In this document: positions 1 to 11,801 of the stretch, piece after piece
How the letters are laid out: every line of letters begins with the position of its first letter
Numbering within the stretch: position 1 is the stretch's first letter
Assembly: GCF_000143415.4 (NCBI RefSeq)
Contig: NW_003314278.1
Coordinates: 140,371-204,370, forward strand
Length of the DNA: 64,000 nucleotides
Source: Selaginella moellendorffii
Taxonomy: Eukaryota > Plantae > Lycopodiophyta
Direction of reading: 5' to 3'
Made by a program: the position numbers and the translations under genes
The notes under the pieces: model-generated
What the model saw: the letters and a program-made list of their open reading frames with translations, nothing else
Told to the model about the DNA's origin: nothing
Database searches by the model: none

Positions 1-430
1 ATATGCTTTTTTCATCAACTCTCCATGTTCATCATCTCCTACTAGCTAGACACAATTCATGCTTGGATCAACTGCTTGATTGTGAATCAGAGGTAAAGAT
101 GATGTGGCATGTAATTATGTCCACATCCATATACAATTGAATATAGAGAGTTCTTTTTTCTCATGTGCACCTTTCTCCACTGCTAACATGGTATCAGGTC
201 TGGCATGTGGTATGAACCTTGGATTTTTCCAAGTTTGTAAAATCTCTCATCCTTTTTCTTCCTTGCTATCTTTTAAAAACAATCTTCGTTACGACTTTGC
301 AAGAGGTGCTTGCGGGTATTGCAACCTTTACAGCCAAGGATACGTCACCAACATGGCAATTTTGAGTACCGGACGTTCATTCGGGCTTGAGCTGCGACAG
401 CCACGAACTTCTGTCCCCCAAACTACGCTC

Positions 431-791
431 TGTCAAGACCCCTGACAAGATCAAGACTGGAAAATGCAAAAAGACAAAGAGAAAAGCTAGTGGAAACAAA
501 GAAGAGGCCTTAGACTGGCGTTGATTCAGATTGTGGAGAAATGGAACAAGGCTAACCTATATATACTATAGGTTGATGAAGCTCCACCACTCTTGGATCG
601 AGGACGGCCTAAATATAGTTGAGGTCGAGGAGGCGCCACATCATCATCAGGAATGTGGCTCGAGACTCAGGAATCGGGAAGTGTCTCGAGAGTCAGGAAT
701 AGGGAAGTGTCTCGAGAGTCAGGAATGTGGTCTGCAGGTCAGGAAGCCGGCGAGAGTCAGGAATGTGGCAAGAATTGGGGGATTCCTGACA
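431..791 (-). repeat. 3' LTR
   Basis: TGTCA...TGACA; 7 substitutions versus the other LTR by manual alignment; internal AGTCAGGAAT-type repeats. Confidence 0.97.
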
Positions 792-806
792 GCACCCCCT
801 CCTCAA
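792..806 (-). other. polypurine tract
   Basis: Minus-strand TTGAGGAGGGGGTGC immediately upstream of the 3' LTR. Confidence 0.85.
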
Positions 807-3800
807 GAACGAGTGGAACAAGGATGTGAACGAGAACGAAGAGGAGGATGAGATGAGCGGCGAGGGATGGGAGATGGAGAAAAAGAATGAAGACTAGGAC
901 GAGAAGGATAGCGGCGGTGGAAGTCCTGAACAAGGTCAGGAGAATGAATCAGGTTGTCCGCAGGTTCCCAAGTGCGTTCCTCAGGTCCGTAACCCTTCCA
1001 GTCCACCAGATAGTAGAGTTTAGACCGTGAAATCTTGGAATCAAAGATGTCCTGAACCTCGTACTCAGACCCATCCTCGAGCTGCACTGGTGGAGGCGGA
1101 GGAATGACCTGATTTGGAATAGGACTGGGAATATAAGGCTCAAGGAGAGAGGAGTGAAAAACGAGGTGAATTTGATATGAGGAGGGAAGTGCAAGGCGAT
1201 AAGTGACAGGATTAATGATGGCAGTGATAGGGAAAGGACCAAGGCATTTGAAATCAAGTTTTGGACAGGGCCTGGTGGTGGAGATATTTCGCCTGAGGAG
1301 CCAGACTTTATCCCCGATATTGTAAGGAGGACAATCCTGATGATGGACATTGGCAAATGTTTTCTGAGATTCCTGAGCACGATGGAGGTGGAAGGAGATG
1401 GAGTTGTGGATTTCCTGGAGGTTGGAGATAAATGCCTCATAGTAGGGATTTGAACGAGAGGATTCAGATGGAGAAGGAAGTGAGAGATTGAATCGGGGAT
1501 TTCGGCCAGAGTTCGCAAAGAAGGGGGAAACTTGAAGAGAGGAGTGAACAGAGTTGTTATAGGAGAACTCAGCAAGGGGAAAGATATCGAACCAGTTATC
1601 CTGATGATAGTTGATGAAGCACCTCAAGAATTGTTCCAACGTCTGAATCGTTCGCTCGGACTGCCCATCAGTTTGAGGATGATATGCCGAAGAGAGGTTG
1701 GCCTTCACTCCAAGCAGCTGCAAAAAACGTTGCTAGAAATGAGAGATGAACTGAGGCCCCCGATCCGAAACCACATCTGTAGGAATCCCATGAAGTCGGA
1801 AAATTTCCCTGAATACCAGTTTTGCCATGTCCTCGCCCGAAAACTCCTTGGTACATGGCAAGAAGTGCGCCATCTTTGTGAAGCGATCCACCACAACTAA
1901 AATGTTGTTGAAGCCTCCAAAACTTGGAAGATCACTCAAGAAATCCATGGAGATGGATTCCCAAGGACCTGAAGGGACTGGAAGGGAACGAAGCAAACCT
2001 GAAGGAAGGTGGCGAGGTACCTTATTCCGGGCACAAGTGTCACAGGAGGTAACAAAAGCTTTGATGTAGTTGTCCATGTGAGGCCACCAAAAGTCCCGTG
2101 CAACTAGCTCATAGGTTTTCGCAATGCCGAAGTGACCAGCAGTCGGGCTATCGTGGCACGCCATCAGGACCAACCTTCGAGCATCACCTTCAGGAACGTA
2201 AAGCTGCTCCCCACAGTACAATAAGCCATCTAAGAACTCGAACTCGTCAAATCGCCAGCAGTCGGGAGTCACTGGGTGTCCAGCCTGAAGATGGGGGAAA
2301 ATGTCGCTAGCGAGATCATCGGATTGAAGATCGTTTCTGATTGCATCCATCAAGGAGGAGTCCTGAGGGGCCAGGGAAATTGCCATAACTTGAAGCCGAT
2401 CAAGACCGAGGATAACTTGATCCTGTTGATCGAAGGCAGGATTACCAGGCCTGAGACTGAGATAGGAGTGCCTTGAAAGAGCATCAGGAAGGCCTTGAAA
2501 CTTTCCAGGTCTGTACTTGATAACAAAGTCAAACCGACTCAGGAATTGTGCCCACCTTGCTTGACGACGGCTTAAAACTCGGGAAGTGGCAAAGTACTCG
2601 AGATTTTTGTGATCCGTCCAGACTGTTGTTTGCTCGCCCCCTCCAAGAAACGGTGCCACTCTCCAAAGGAATCCACGATGGCAAGGAGCTCCTTGTCGTG
2701 GATTTCGTAATTGATCTCCGCAGGCTGGAATTTCCAAGAATGGAAAGCGACCGGATGAAGTTCGTGATCCGCTCCAAGTTGAGACAGCACAGCACCAATG
2801 GCAAAGTCGGAGGCGTCAGCCTCGATGAAGAAAGGTTGTGAGGAATCAGTATGGATCAAGACAGGAGCAGAATTGACGGCTGCCTTGAGTGTGTCGAAGG
2901 CCTGCTGGGCAGCAGCAGACCAAGAGAAGGGAACATCCTTGCGAGTGAGATGTGTGAGAGGAAGGACAATGTCAGAGTAGTGATCAATGAATTTGCGGTA
3001 GAAGTTGGCGAAGCCAAAGAAAACCTGAACGTCCGACATTGATTGTGGAGGCTCCCATTCGAGAATAGTCTTGACTTTGGCAGGATCCATCGTGATACCC
3101 TCATGAGTGACAATGTACCCAAGGAACTCCACAGACTGCTGATCAAAGGAACATTTCTCAAGCTTCGCGTATAAGCCGTGTTCTCGCAGCTTCGCTAGCA
3201 CTTTACGTACATGTTCGTCATGCTCCTCCTGAGTTTTTGAGTAGATGAGGATGTCATCGAGGTAGACAATCACCATCTGATCAAGAAACTCCCAAAAGAC
3301 GTCGTTTGCCATGTGTTGGAAAACTGCTGGAGCATTTGTCAAGCCAAATGGCATGACAGTGTACTCGAAGTGGCCATAGCGGGTTCGGAACGCAGTCTTC
3401 CATTCATCACCAGGCCGGATCCGGATCAGGTTGTATGCTCCACGGAGGTCGATCTTGGTGAAGAAGCAGGCACCGTCGAGGCGTTCCAACAGGTCCGAGA
3501 TCAGGGGAAGCGGATAACGGTTCCGAATAGCCACCTTGTTCAAACCTCGGTAGTCGATGACTAGCCGCAAGCTCCCATCCTTCTTCTTGACAAAGAAGAC
3601 AGGCGCTCCAGCCGGGGACTGCGAATGCTAAATGTAGCCTGAGGCAAGGTTCTCATCCACGTACTCTTTGAGGGCCTTAAGCTCGGACGGGGATAACCCG
3701 TAGATAGGCCCCCACGAAGGTGACACTCCTTCCTGTAAATCAATGGGACAATCATAAGGCCGATGAACAGGCAGTACACTAGCTTTTTTCTTGTCAAACA

Positions 3801-4557
3801 CATCCCCAAAATCATGATACTTCTCAGGAAGACTGATAGGAGAAACATGCAAAGCAAAAAGAAAAAGAGGTTCTTCATGAAGGAGTTCTTTCATAGTGAT
3901 TGTGGAGATAGGAGGAGGTGTACGACTAAATGGAATGATGAGACGAGGATACGGTCCAGTGTAAGATGGAAGAGAGGAAAAAGAAGAGGGTGAAAACTTA
4001 ATAGAGTCAGGAACAAAACCCCAATTTGAGTTTAGGGAACTTTTCTTGATTCGGACTCGATGAACAGCAGGGGAAGCCGTGGGAGAGATGAGCTGTAATT
4101 CCTTCCAACAGATCTGAGGCTGATGTAGTTGGAACCAAGGAAGACCGAGCACCACAGAGGAGGACTTGCTATTGATGATGTTGAAGGCGATATCGGTGAT
4201 GGTGGACCCGATGTGTACTCGAACGAGCAACGTTTCCCTAAGTCCAGAAGATGGAGACACAAAATGCCCGCTGATGCCTTCAACCCTCAAATCCCGTATA
4301 GTAGGAGAAAGAGGAACATGATGTCGGGCAGCAAAGTCCGTGTCCATGAAGCAGGAAGTTGCACCCGAGTCCAGTAACGCCAGAGCCTTGAGTCCTGATT
4401 GTCCGGTGAAAGAAAGGAGACATGGGACGCGGAAGTTGCGGGAATTGGTGGTGGCTTTGATGAAAGGTGGTGAGGAGCTTGATAAAGAAGAAAAGTGATT
4501 TTTATTCGGGGAGTCCAAACAGACAGCTCCTACTCTGTTTGGACAGGGTCGTTTTCC
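803..4557 (-). pseudogene. pol: pol (protease-RT-RNase H-integrase-chromodomain), disrupted
   Basis: LLDSGA protease; YLDD RT; DASDFAIG RNase H; HHCC/DDE integrase (AYHPQTDGQSER); chromodomain EYEVQDI...YLVDWKGYGPEERTWEP; stops at 3628 and 1733 and a frameshift near 2630. Confidence 0.93.
4513..4557 (-). promoter_or_regulatory. -1 ribosomal frameshift signal (G GAA AAC + hairpin)
   Basis: Slippery heptamer 4551-4557, 6-nt spacer, perfect 11-bp stem 4534-4544/4513-4523; pol is in the -1 frame. Confidence 0.8.
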
Positions 4558-5501
4558 GACTGCAATAGAGGTGGACTTTGAGGCAGAGTGAACTCAAGCA
4601 GTCGAGGAGGCTTCTTGGGACATACAGCTGCTTTGTGATTAGGATCAGCACAATAGAGGCAAAGATTATGAGATATTCGACGTTGCTTCTCAGCAGGACT
4701 CAACTTCCCTCTAATGAGTCGGGGAGTACCAGAAATATCCATCGGAACCGGAGCAGTAGGTTCAGGAGTATGCCCCAAAAACTCAAGCTGGGATTCCTGA
4801 GTCTGGGACGGAAAAACAGCGGCGCGGCGACTTTCCTGACGACGTTCAAAGAGACGATTGTCACATCGAACAGCTTTGTTGATGGCATCCGACAGGTCCT
4901 TGGGATCCTCCATGGTGAGCAACAAATCCTTGACATCGTTGTTGAGGCCGAAACGAAATTGGTCAATCAGGGCCCACTCATCCCACTGAGTGTCCAAAGC
5001 AAGGAGTTGGAACTCTACAGCGTAGATCGAGGCAGGATGAGACCCCTGAGAGAGACGTCTCATCTTTGTGGTAGCAGCCCGAACCCGATCTGTCTCGCCA
5101 AAACATGCTTCGAGCTTCTCTTTGAACAATTGAAGATCCATCAGCTCTGGAACCATGACCCCTTTCATGCTCTTCTTCAGAAGAGGAGAAAACCATGACA
5201 AAGCTGCACCTTCGAGCAACGTCCCAATCGCGTGGATTTGAGACTCGGGAGTAGGGTACTGCCGATGTTGAAGTGCGAAGATCAACTCCATCTGGTTCAG
5301 GAATCCGCGAAGCTCCGAACGCTTGCCTGAAAATTTCGCCGGGAAGCTCACCTTCGGTTCAGGAACTTTGCTGGATCCTTGAGCCGAAAGTGAAGCAAGC
5401 TCCTGCTGCATGCGAAGAAGGGTCGCCTTCAGCTCGGTATTCTCAGACTGGATTTTTGCAAGGACTTCAGCAAAGAAATCAGGATGGCCTGGAGACTCCA
5501 T
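4530..5501 (-). CDS. gag: gag protein with CCHC zinc knuckle
   Basis: PAKFSGKRSELRGF retrotransposon gag motif and CLYCADPNHKAAVC; ORF open. Confidence 0.92.
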   Translation of the reverse strand: MESPGHPDFFAEVLAKIQSENTELKATLLRMQQELASLSAQGSSKVPEPKVSFPAKFSGKRSELRGFLNQMELIFALQHRQYPTPESQIHAIGTLLEGAALSWFSPLLKKSMKGVMVPELMDLQLFKEKLEACFGETDRVRAATTKMRRLSQGSHPASIYAVEFQLLALDTQWDEWALIDQFRFGLNNDVKDLLLTMEDPKDLSDAINKAVRCDNRLFERRQESRRAAVFPSQTQESQLEFLGHTPEPTAPVPMDISGTPRLIRGKLSPAEKQRRISHNLCLYCADPNHKAAVCPKKPPRLLEFTLPQSPPLLQSENDPVQTE

Positions 5502-5583
5502 TGGCAAGAAGAAAGAAAAAAGGGGGAAAAAAAGGCAAAGGTAATCAAACAATCAAAACGAGCTAAATCAAAAAACGAAAAAA

Positions 5584-5598
5584 CACAATCTGAATCAA
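5584..5598 (-). promoter_or_regulatory. self-priming primer-binding site
   Basis: 15 nt perfectly complementary to LTR 5691-5705; no TGG tRNA-type PBS. Confidence 0.8.
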
Positions 5599-5600
5599 AC

Positions 5601-5961
5601 TGTCAAGACCCCTGACAAGATCAAGACTGGAAAATGCAAAAAGACAAAGAGAAAAGCTAATGGAAACAAAGAAGAGGCTTTAGACTGGCGTTGATTCAGA
5701 TTGTGGAGAAATGGAACAAGGCTAACCTATATATACTATAGGTTGATAAAGTTCCACCACTCTTGGATCGAGGACGGCCTAAATATAGCTGAGGTCGAGG
5801 AGGCGCCACATCATCATCAGGAATGTGGCTCGAGACTCAGGAATCGGGAAGTGTCTCGAGAGTCAGGAATAGGGAAGTGTCTCGAGAGTCAAGAATGTGG
5901 TCTGCAGGTCAGGAATCCGGCGAGAGTCAGGAATGTGGCAAGAATTGGGGGATTCCTGACA
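5601..5961 (-). repeat. 5' LTR
   Basis: Direct repeat of 431-791; TATATATA at 5728-5735. Confidence 0.97.
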
Positions 5962-6186
5962 CACTCAGGCTAACGATAATAGCGGCTGGTGCAATCCTCC
6001 CTTGGAGCACTTCGACATGGCCCAGCCAGCATGGGAACAGATTGGCATCTACCAAGGAGGAATTGTTCCCATCCAATACAGAAGGTACTCTTCACTTCTT
6101 TCATACTTTTCTCTCTTTTCTTCTTTCTCTTTCTCACGCACTATTCTTTATTGATTTCTCTTTTCTTCTATATTGCAGGGTGAGCT

Positions 6187-6304
6187 AGTATGGATACAAA
6201 CTGTGAAAGCATGGCCTATGAATGCTTGGCTGCCACAAGCCAGTTATCCTTGTGGTAACTTTTCTGACACCTCTAACTTCAAATTCGGAAACACTAAAGG
6301 ATTG
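6187..6304. pseudogene. 25S/26S rRNA fragment (peptidyl-transferase region), partly inverted
   Basis: Sense piece ...TGAAAGCATGGCCTAT then the reverse complement of ATCCTTTAG...GTGTCAGAAAAGTTACCACAAGGATAACTGGCTTGTGGCAGCCAAGCATTCATAG, recognised as conserved LSU rRNA. Confidence 0.85.
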
Positions 6305-7299
6305 TATGGATTACCATTTTTTATCCTTGGCCCCAAACTAATATTCATCAATGGTTTGATACTGATGGCTTACCATGCCTTGCCTATCCTCTAAGGAGCA
6401 TAATCTCTTCAATTACGCTCAACGGGAACAAATACTTCATGCTGGTGCTCATGAGCAACGTTGGAGGGGCTGGGGACGTGTGAGCGGTGTCGATCAAGGG
6501 GCTGAGCAGCGACTGACAGCCAATGTCAAGGAACTGGGGCCAAAACTGGCAGAGCGATAGCAGGCTCATCGGGCAGAGCCTCTCGTTCTGCGTCGTGACG
6601 AGTGACAATCGACTGGTCACGTCACTCAATGTCGCACAGGCGGGGTGGAGCTTTGGCCAGACTTTTAATGGAGAACAGTTTTGAAAGGAAACCTCTCTTT
6701 AGTTTTTGTCCTCTCCATCCATCGGGATTAAAGTACAGGAATATTGATTTGTTATTCTAAGAATATTTACAATTTCATAAACAGAAGAATTAAAGTGATG
6801 TTTATAATCTCAAAGACGAGGCGCTGCTGCTCAAGTGCACGCCATAGCGCCACCCAGCCTCGGTTTCTCCCCAAGAAGCTCTTCTGAAAAATGGATGAAT
6901 AACACTAAGAAATTTTAAAGATCTTCATTTTTATGCTAGTTCTCCATCACGCACGCTAGACAGTATGTAGCAAATCAGCTGACATCTCTTTAATAATCCC
7001 AATCCCGGGAGGTTTAGGGTAACACGTCAGTCAGGGATCGTCCGCCGTCCGCATATCACAAACAATATCAACAACAACGTCGTGGTTGAATCAAGTGTCG
7101 AGGAAGCCACCACAGTCTACGGTTGTAATTGGCCCTGTGGAAGTGACTGAGCAAAAGGAAAAGAAGAGGAAGAAGTAGTACCACATTATTTGTCACGTGG
7201 GCTCACAAGAGATTTCGACCCGTTCAAGTCTCATTGTTGGACTGTGCACTTGCCAAATAATAAAACAAGTAAAGTTTCATTTCGGAGAGAAACCAGCTT

Positions 7300-9269
7300 T
7301 TTCAGCAATTCAAAACACCATTAAGTATTTGTTATAATGGGTGCCACAGCACACTCCCGGACGAGTATAAACTTCCTGGATTTGCTTCCCGCTGTGTTAG
7401 CAGTTTAAGCAAGCCTTCGTAGAACTTCAATCTGCTTATCTTCTCTACCTTGCATGCCATCTCGCTCCCTTTTCAACAAGTTCAAGCTAGCTTGGCTCCT
7501 CCTCCATCTAGAATGGTTGGCAATGCGCCTGTCAAGTCGTCCTTAAAGCAGAACGTCGATGAGCAACAAGGATCCGATCTATGCTGCCATTCTATTTGGC
7601 CACTATGGAATCTCATGCTGTAAATGAGGAAAATAAATAAATAACTAAATCTTTAGCAATCTTTAACAATCAACTTTTACGCCCAGGGACACACCACAAG
7701 CAGAGTGGAGAAGATCTTCCATCTAGCACTATATGAAACTGATGATCGCCAATATTAGTCGTCCGTACGGCATTCTGAACTCGAGGTTTGGAAGCTTCTT
7801 GACGTCTAAAGCGCCCTAAGATCCACCCGGATCTCACCTTGAGAAACTCGGGCACACTGTAGTAATTTTGAAGCTCGTCTTGATCAACAACAAGCATCTT
7901 TGTGCACTTCCATGTCCTGGTGCTTGGAGACAACAACCGGAACTCGAAGAATGCGGCAGACGGGGATTCTCATACTCAAGACAAAGGGGTACTTTCCCGT
8001 CTTGATTCTGCATCACGAATTATTAGCAAATAAACAGTTCATGGGACTCAACAAAGAAACGCTAAACGTCACTGTGGGCACGTATGGCGTCCCATCTTTG
8101 ACGTCGCTCAATGATGGAACACGCTCCTGAAAGCTACCGAGGAAGGACATCAAGTTCTGGTCAGTTGAAACCAAAAGATTCTGTTTCTCACCTGCCGTTT
8201 CACTACACACCACTTGTTTGAACAAGAAAGATTGCAATCTGCAAAACATACGTAGTAGATCAGATGTAAAGACGTGAGGTTTGTGGACATTGCTGAAGGC
8301 GTAGTAGACAGGGAGAGTGGATCTGCAGAGCCAAAGCCTCGCGTTTGTTGTGCAGTCGAACAGTGCAAACAAGTGGGAGAGGAATGCCGACTGAGGAGGC
8401 CTTTGCGTGCAGAGACTAGCCAAAAGACCGCTCCCCTGCTCGTCGTACATGGCGGACAACAGTTTCTTGCCCTGTCCGGAGCAATTCGCGACTGATAACT
8501 GTGACCCCAGTCGAAAGTACTCGTCCCACTCTTTCTTGCCCAGAACCACACTCTCCCTCTTGTAGCAGTCCACCACTTCGTCCGCAAGGCAGCGCAACTC
8601 CAGACCCATCCTCGCGAGCCTCGATATGATTTCTTATAAAAGCCAAAGCAGTGGCACAAAAGCAATTGAAGCTTAGTCGATCGATTCAGTTATAGTTTTA
8701 GGGTTCCTCTCTGGATGATTTCTGCGTCAGTGACACTCGTGGACGGGGCCTAAAGAAAGTTAGACATCGATATGATATCGAGGAAGTTTGCAAGCTTACC
8801 TGAGTTGCATGGACTCGTATGGCGTCGTCCAAATCCTCTCCACCGTAGCAAATGCCGGAGAATCGTCCTCGAGGAAAGAAGATTCACCAAGAACCTGGCC
8901 GATCCAGACGCTGTAGATCATCGGAGCTTGTTGTATGGAGATGGGCTAGGCAGGCTTGGAACTCGGAGTGGTTGTTTGAGAGGCAGATGTAGAGCACGGC
9001 CAGGAGATTGAAGAGCTCTGCATCGTAGGCAAACGGGAGCCAGCAGTCTGATCTCCACACAGTCATGGCCTCATGAGTGCACTCGGCCTTGCAGAGGTCC
9101 TCCTCGGGTAGGCTCACGATTCTTGACATAATCTCGTTCCCCAGCGCTGGAAAACGCACTTCCTGCTGCGCCTTTTGGAGGAGATGGAACAGCGCAGCCC
9201 ATTCGCCAGCTGATGTTCTACAAGCCCCGATCTCGCATCCTTGCACTCCGCCTCCATCAGCTTCTCCAT
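7300..9269 (-). other. unidentified, probably degenerate multi-exon gene
   Basis: Several coding-like minus-strand ORFs (8884-9246, 8013-8609, 7670-7936) with splice-like signals; no recognisable domain. Confidence 0.35.
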
Positions 9270-9769
9270 ACTAATTCCTTAGGGTTTCCTTCAATTCCAA
9301 TTTTGAAGGTATATAATGTCTACCTAAAACATATTTGGATATTCGTGGTATATTCTTTATGCTGACAAAATTTAAGCGTCCATTTACTTGTCGTCGCTCA
9401 TTTTATTTAAGCATATTCTTATTTGAAAACTGTCTATACTATAATATGTACTGAGAGCCTGTCATTACTCATTTTGAAAATCCTATAAATTTTTGCCCAT
9501 ACATCTTTGCGCTCCTCATCTTAATATGTGCCACCTGCTGCAATCGCCTTGACCATAGCATCGTCTATTTCACCCGCGCTAGCTTTCAAGGCCCTTTGTA
9601 GTCTGGGAGACTCTACCCACTTCTTAACAATTAGACATGTCTTGTGTCCAAATGTCTAGAGCCAAATGATCCTCAAATATTAGCTGCGCAAATCAACAAA
9701 AGAAATGAGAAACACATTCCAAAGAAAGAAAAAAACCCAAAGAGATTGGTCATGTGAACGATGTAGACG

Positions 9770-11125
9770 ATCATGGCACCGAGCCATTGTTTCTCAGTTG
9801 TTTAGCACCGCCGTCAAAGTAATGCTCCGGAACTGTGTACTGGAAGTTGAAGATCAAAACTGCCCGCTCCATGCCAGCTCCCTTATCTCTCCCAGCTCGG
9901 ATTGCGAGCAAGGTCCTTCCACTGCGCGTTCTTGGACAGCTGCGCGAAATGGCCTTTGCCGAAAACGGCAGCGGCGGCACGGTAGAGCTCGCGCTCGTCG
10001 CTGCTTCCTGCTGTTACCGACTGTCCGTGCTCCACGATCGACTTGCTCGTCGAGCACAGCGTCTGGAGCTCGGCATGGTCCGCTTCCCCTTCTTTGTGAG
10101 TGTCTAAGTGTAGAGCAGACGGCCGATTTGCAAGCTTGCATCCGTAAAGTCCATAAAGTATGAAACCTCGCGGGGCCTGTCCTGGTAAACGAGCGAGCAC
10201 CTTCGAACCCAGCGCTCCAGACTCACACGAATGCTTTCGTCCCACTCCAAAGATAGGTAAGGATTCTACCTCTAACACCTGGCGGACGCCGGGGTGAGAT
10301 CGATCGACTCCCACTCTACCATGAGTTCCTTGAACCACACGTTATAGAACCTCTCGATGCTCCCCGTAGAACCCTTAAGCCTGCATGTTCGCATGGCGTC
10401 TAGGAAGGAGAGCAAGAGGTTGCCCAGGTGCAGCTTTGGCTTGAGCTTCAAAGGTGTCGAGCCATTCGAGCAGCTGCTTCTTTGTTTGGATCTGGAGCTG
10501 CAGCCACCCAGCACGGTGAGTGGCTTGCCCACATCAAACAGGCGCATGGCATCCAGAAGACATGTTCGCGTCGAGAGAGTACAAGGAACTCTAGACAAGA
10601 GCGACACAAGATCTGCACAGACGGCTAGTTAGAACCTAGTGAAAAAAGAGAGAAGCCATACATGAAATTCCTTCCGGTGAGGCCATCGCTTCAGTTTCTG
10701 GCGAGTGAACCTTGAGCTGCAACCAAAAAAACAAGCTCCTCTTTACCGCTTTGCCACAAGAAATCTCGAGAACACTCACCTTTTCAAGCTTTTGTACAGC
10801 GTAGTAGCAAGGGAACACCAAGGTCAGCACTGTCACCGCAACGTTGCTCGTTGAGGCGACCTCGCTAGCGCGTGAAATAATCGGCAGCGATCAAGAGGTG
10901 CAAGAAAACCCGGAGGAGCGCTTTGGGCTGGAGCTGGATTATTCACCAGGGGCTTCGTGGTTCTACGATGGGGATGGGTCGACTGGGAAGATCTGGACTG
11001 TGGCAGTCGCCCACGTGGAATGCCCCTGCCATGGTATGCTGCTTTGGAACCAATCGCCTAAGATGACGCTCACGCGCGGATCCCATGCCACCGCGTGAGA
11101 CCTTTCCTTTGTCGGAACTCCATGA
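9770..11125 (-). other. unidentified degenerate coding-like region
   Basis: GC-richer block with broken ORFs (10272-10607, 10636-10836, 9883-10338); no family recognised. Confidence 0.25.
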
Positions 11126-11365
11126 CAAGCGCCTTCTTCTTAATAGTACAAGAATAGTAAGTATATTCGAAATGTTATTTTATAAGATCTTATATCCAAC
11201 CTTTCTAAACGAAAATCAGACAGCTTCTCTTTCCTGAAAAGTTATGCACAAAACGAATGGTTAATTTGTACAACCTACAGGCAGCGGCAAAAAATAAACA
11301 GGTCATACAAAGAAGAGAATAGAGATATCCAGAAGCTTAACAGACTTCTTAAGCTCTGCTTCCAG

Positions 11366-11424
11366 CTGCCACCACCACCACCACCACCACCACCGCTGCC
11401 ACCACCGCTGCCACCGCCACCGCC
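11366..11424 (+). repeat. (CCA/CCG)n trinucleotide repeat
   Basis: GCCACCACCACCACC...GCCACCGCCACCGCCG. Confidence 0.85.
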
Positions 11425-11801
11425 GATCACCTGGACCTGTCCTCCACTGCCGCCGCATGTGTGTATATGTGTATATGTCAACACAACACTTGTGGCCAAT
11501 GGGTTCGAAAACACCTTGTCACTTTGTGCATCTTTATGGAACGCACGAAACAAGACATTGCTACTTGGATTTGTGGAACATTTTATATGATCTCTTGCCA
11601 ACTGTTGATCAAGCAACTCTTAGAGCTAGAAGTAGTCTATACCGCTCGGTCCAACTATAAATCTTTGGAGCCTCAAAGATTGGAGTGCAACAAAGATGCC
11701 CTTTGCTATATTAGGGGAGGATCTATCTTTGTACCAGCTCTTAGGAGTGTATATCTTTCTTCTTCTATAGGTTGATAATTTTCTTTTGCCAGCTCAAATA
11801 C

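Larger units (their letters stand above)
431..5961 (-). mobile_element. full-length Ty3/gypsy chromovirus (Tf1/sushi-Tcn1-like) LTR retrotransposon
   Basis: Two 361-bp TG...CA LTRs, 5-bp TSD CGCTC/CACTC, gag-PR-RT-RH-INT-chromodomain order, PPT next to the 3' LTR. Confidence 0.97.
305..6686 (+). pseudogene. EXPA: alpha-expansin pseudogene interrupted by an LTR retrotransposon and an rRNA-derived insert
   Basis: GACGYCNLYSQGY (305-345) and NFCPPNYA precede the LTR; [39 protein letters not shown] follows it; GT-AG intron ~6084-6178; last exon ITLNGNKYFMLVLMSNVGGAGDV*...[11 protein letters not shown]...WSFGQTF has in-frame stops. Confidence 0.9.

Noticed and set aside
640-780. Short repeated CAGGAAT units resembling a CRISPR array
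   Set aside because: U3 enhancer-like repeats in a eukaryotic LTR; no unique spacers or cas genes
531-851. ORFs in both LTRs (also 5701-5973)
   Set aside because: Arise from LTR internal repeats; non-ATG start and antisense to the element
6187-6304. Functional rRNA gene
   Set aside because: Only ~120 bp, mutated and rearranged
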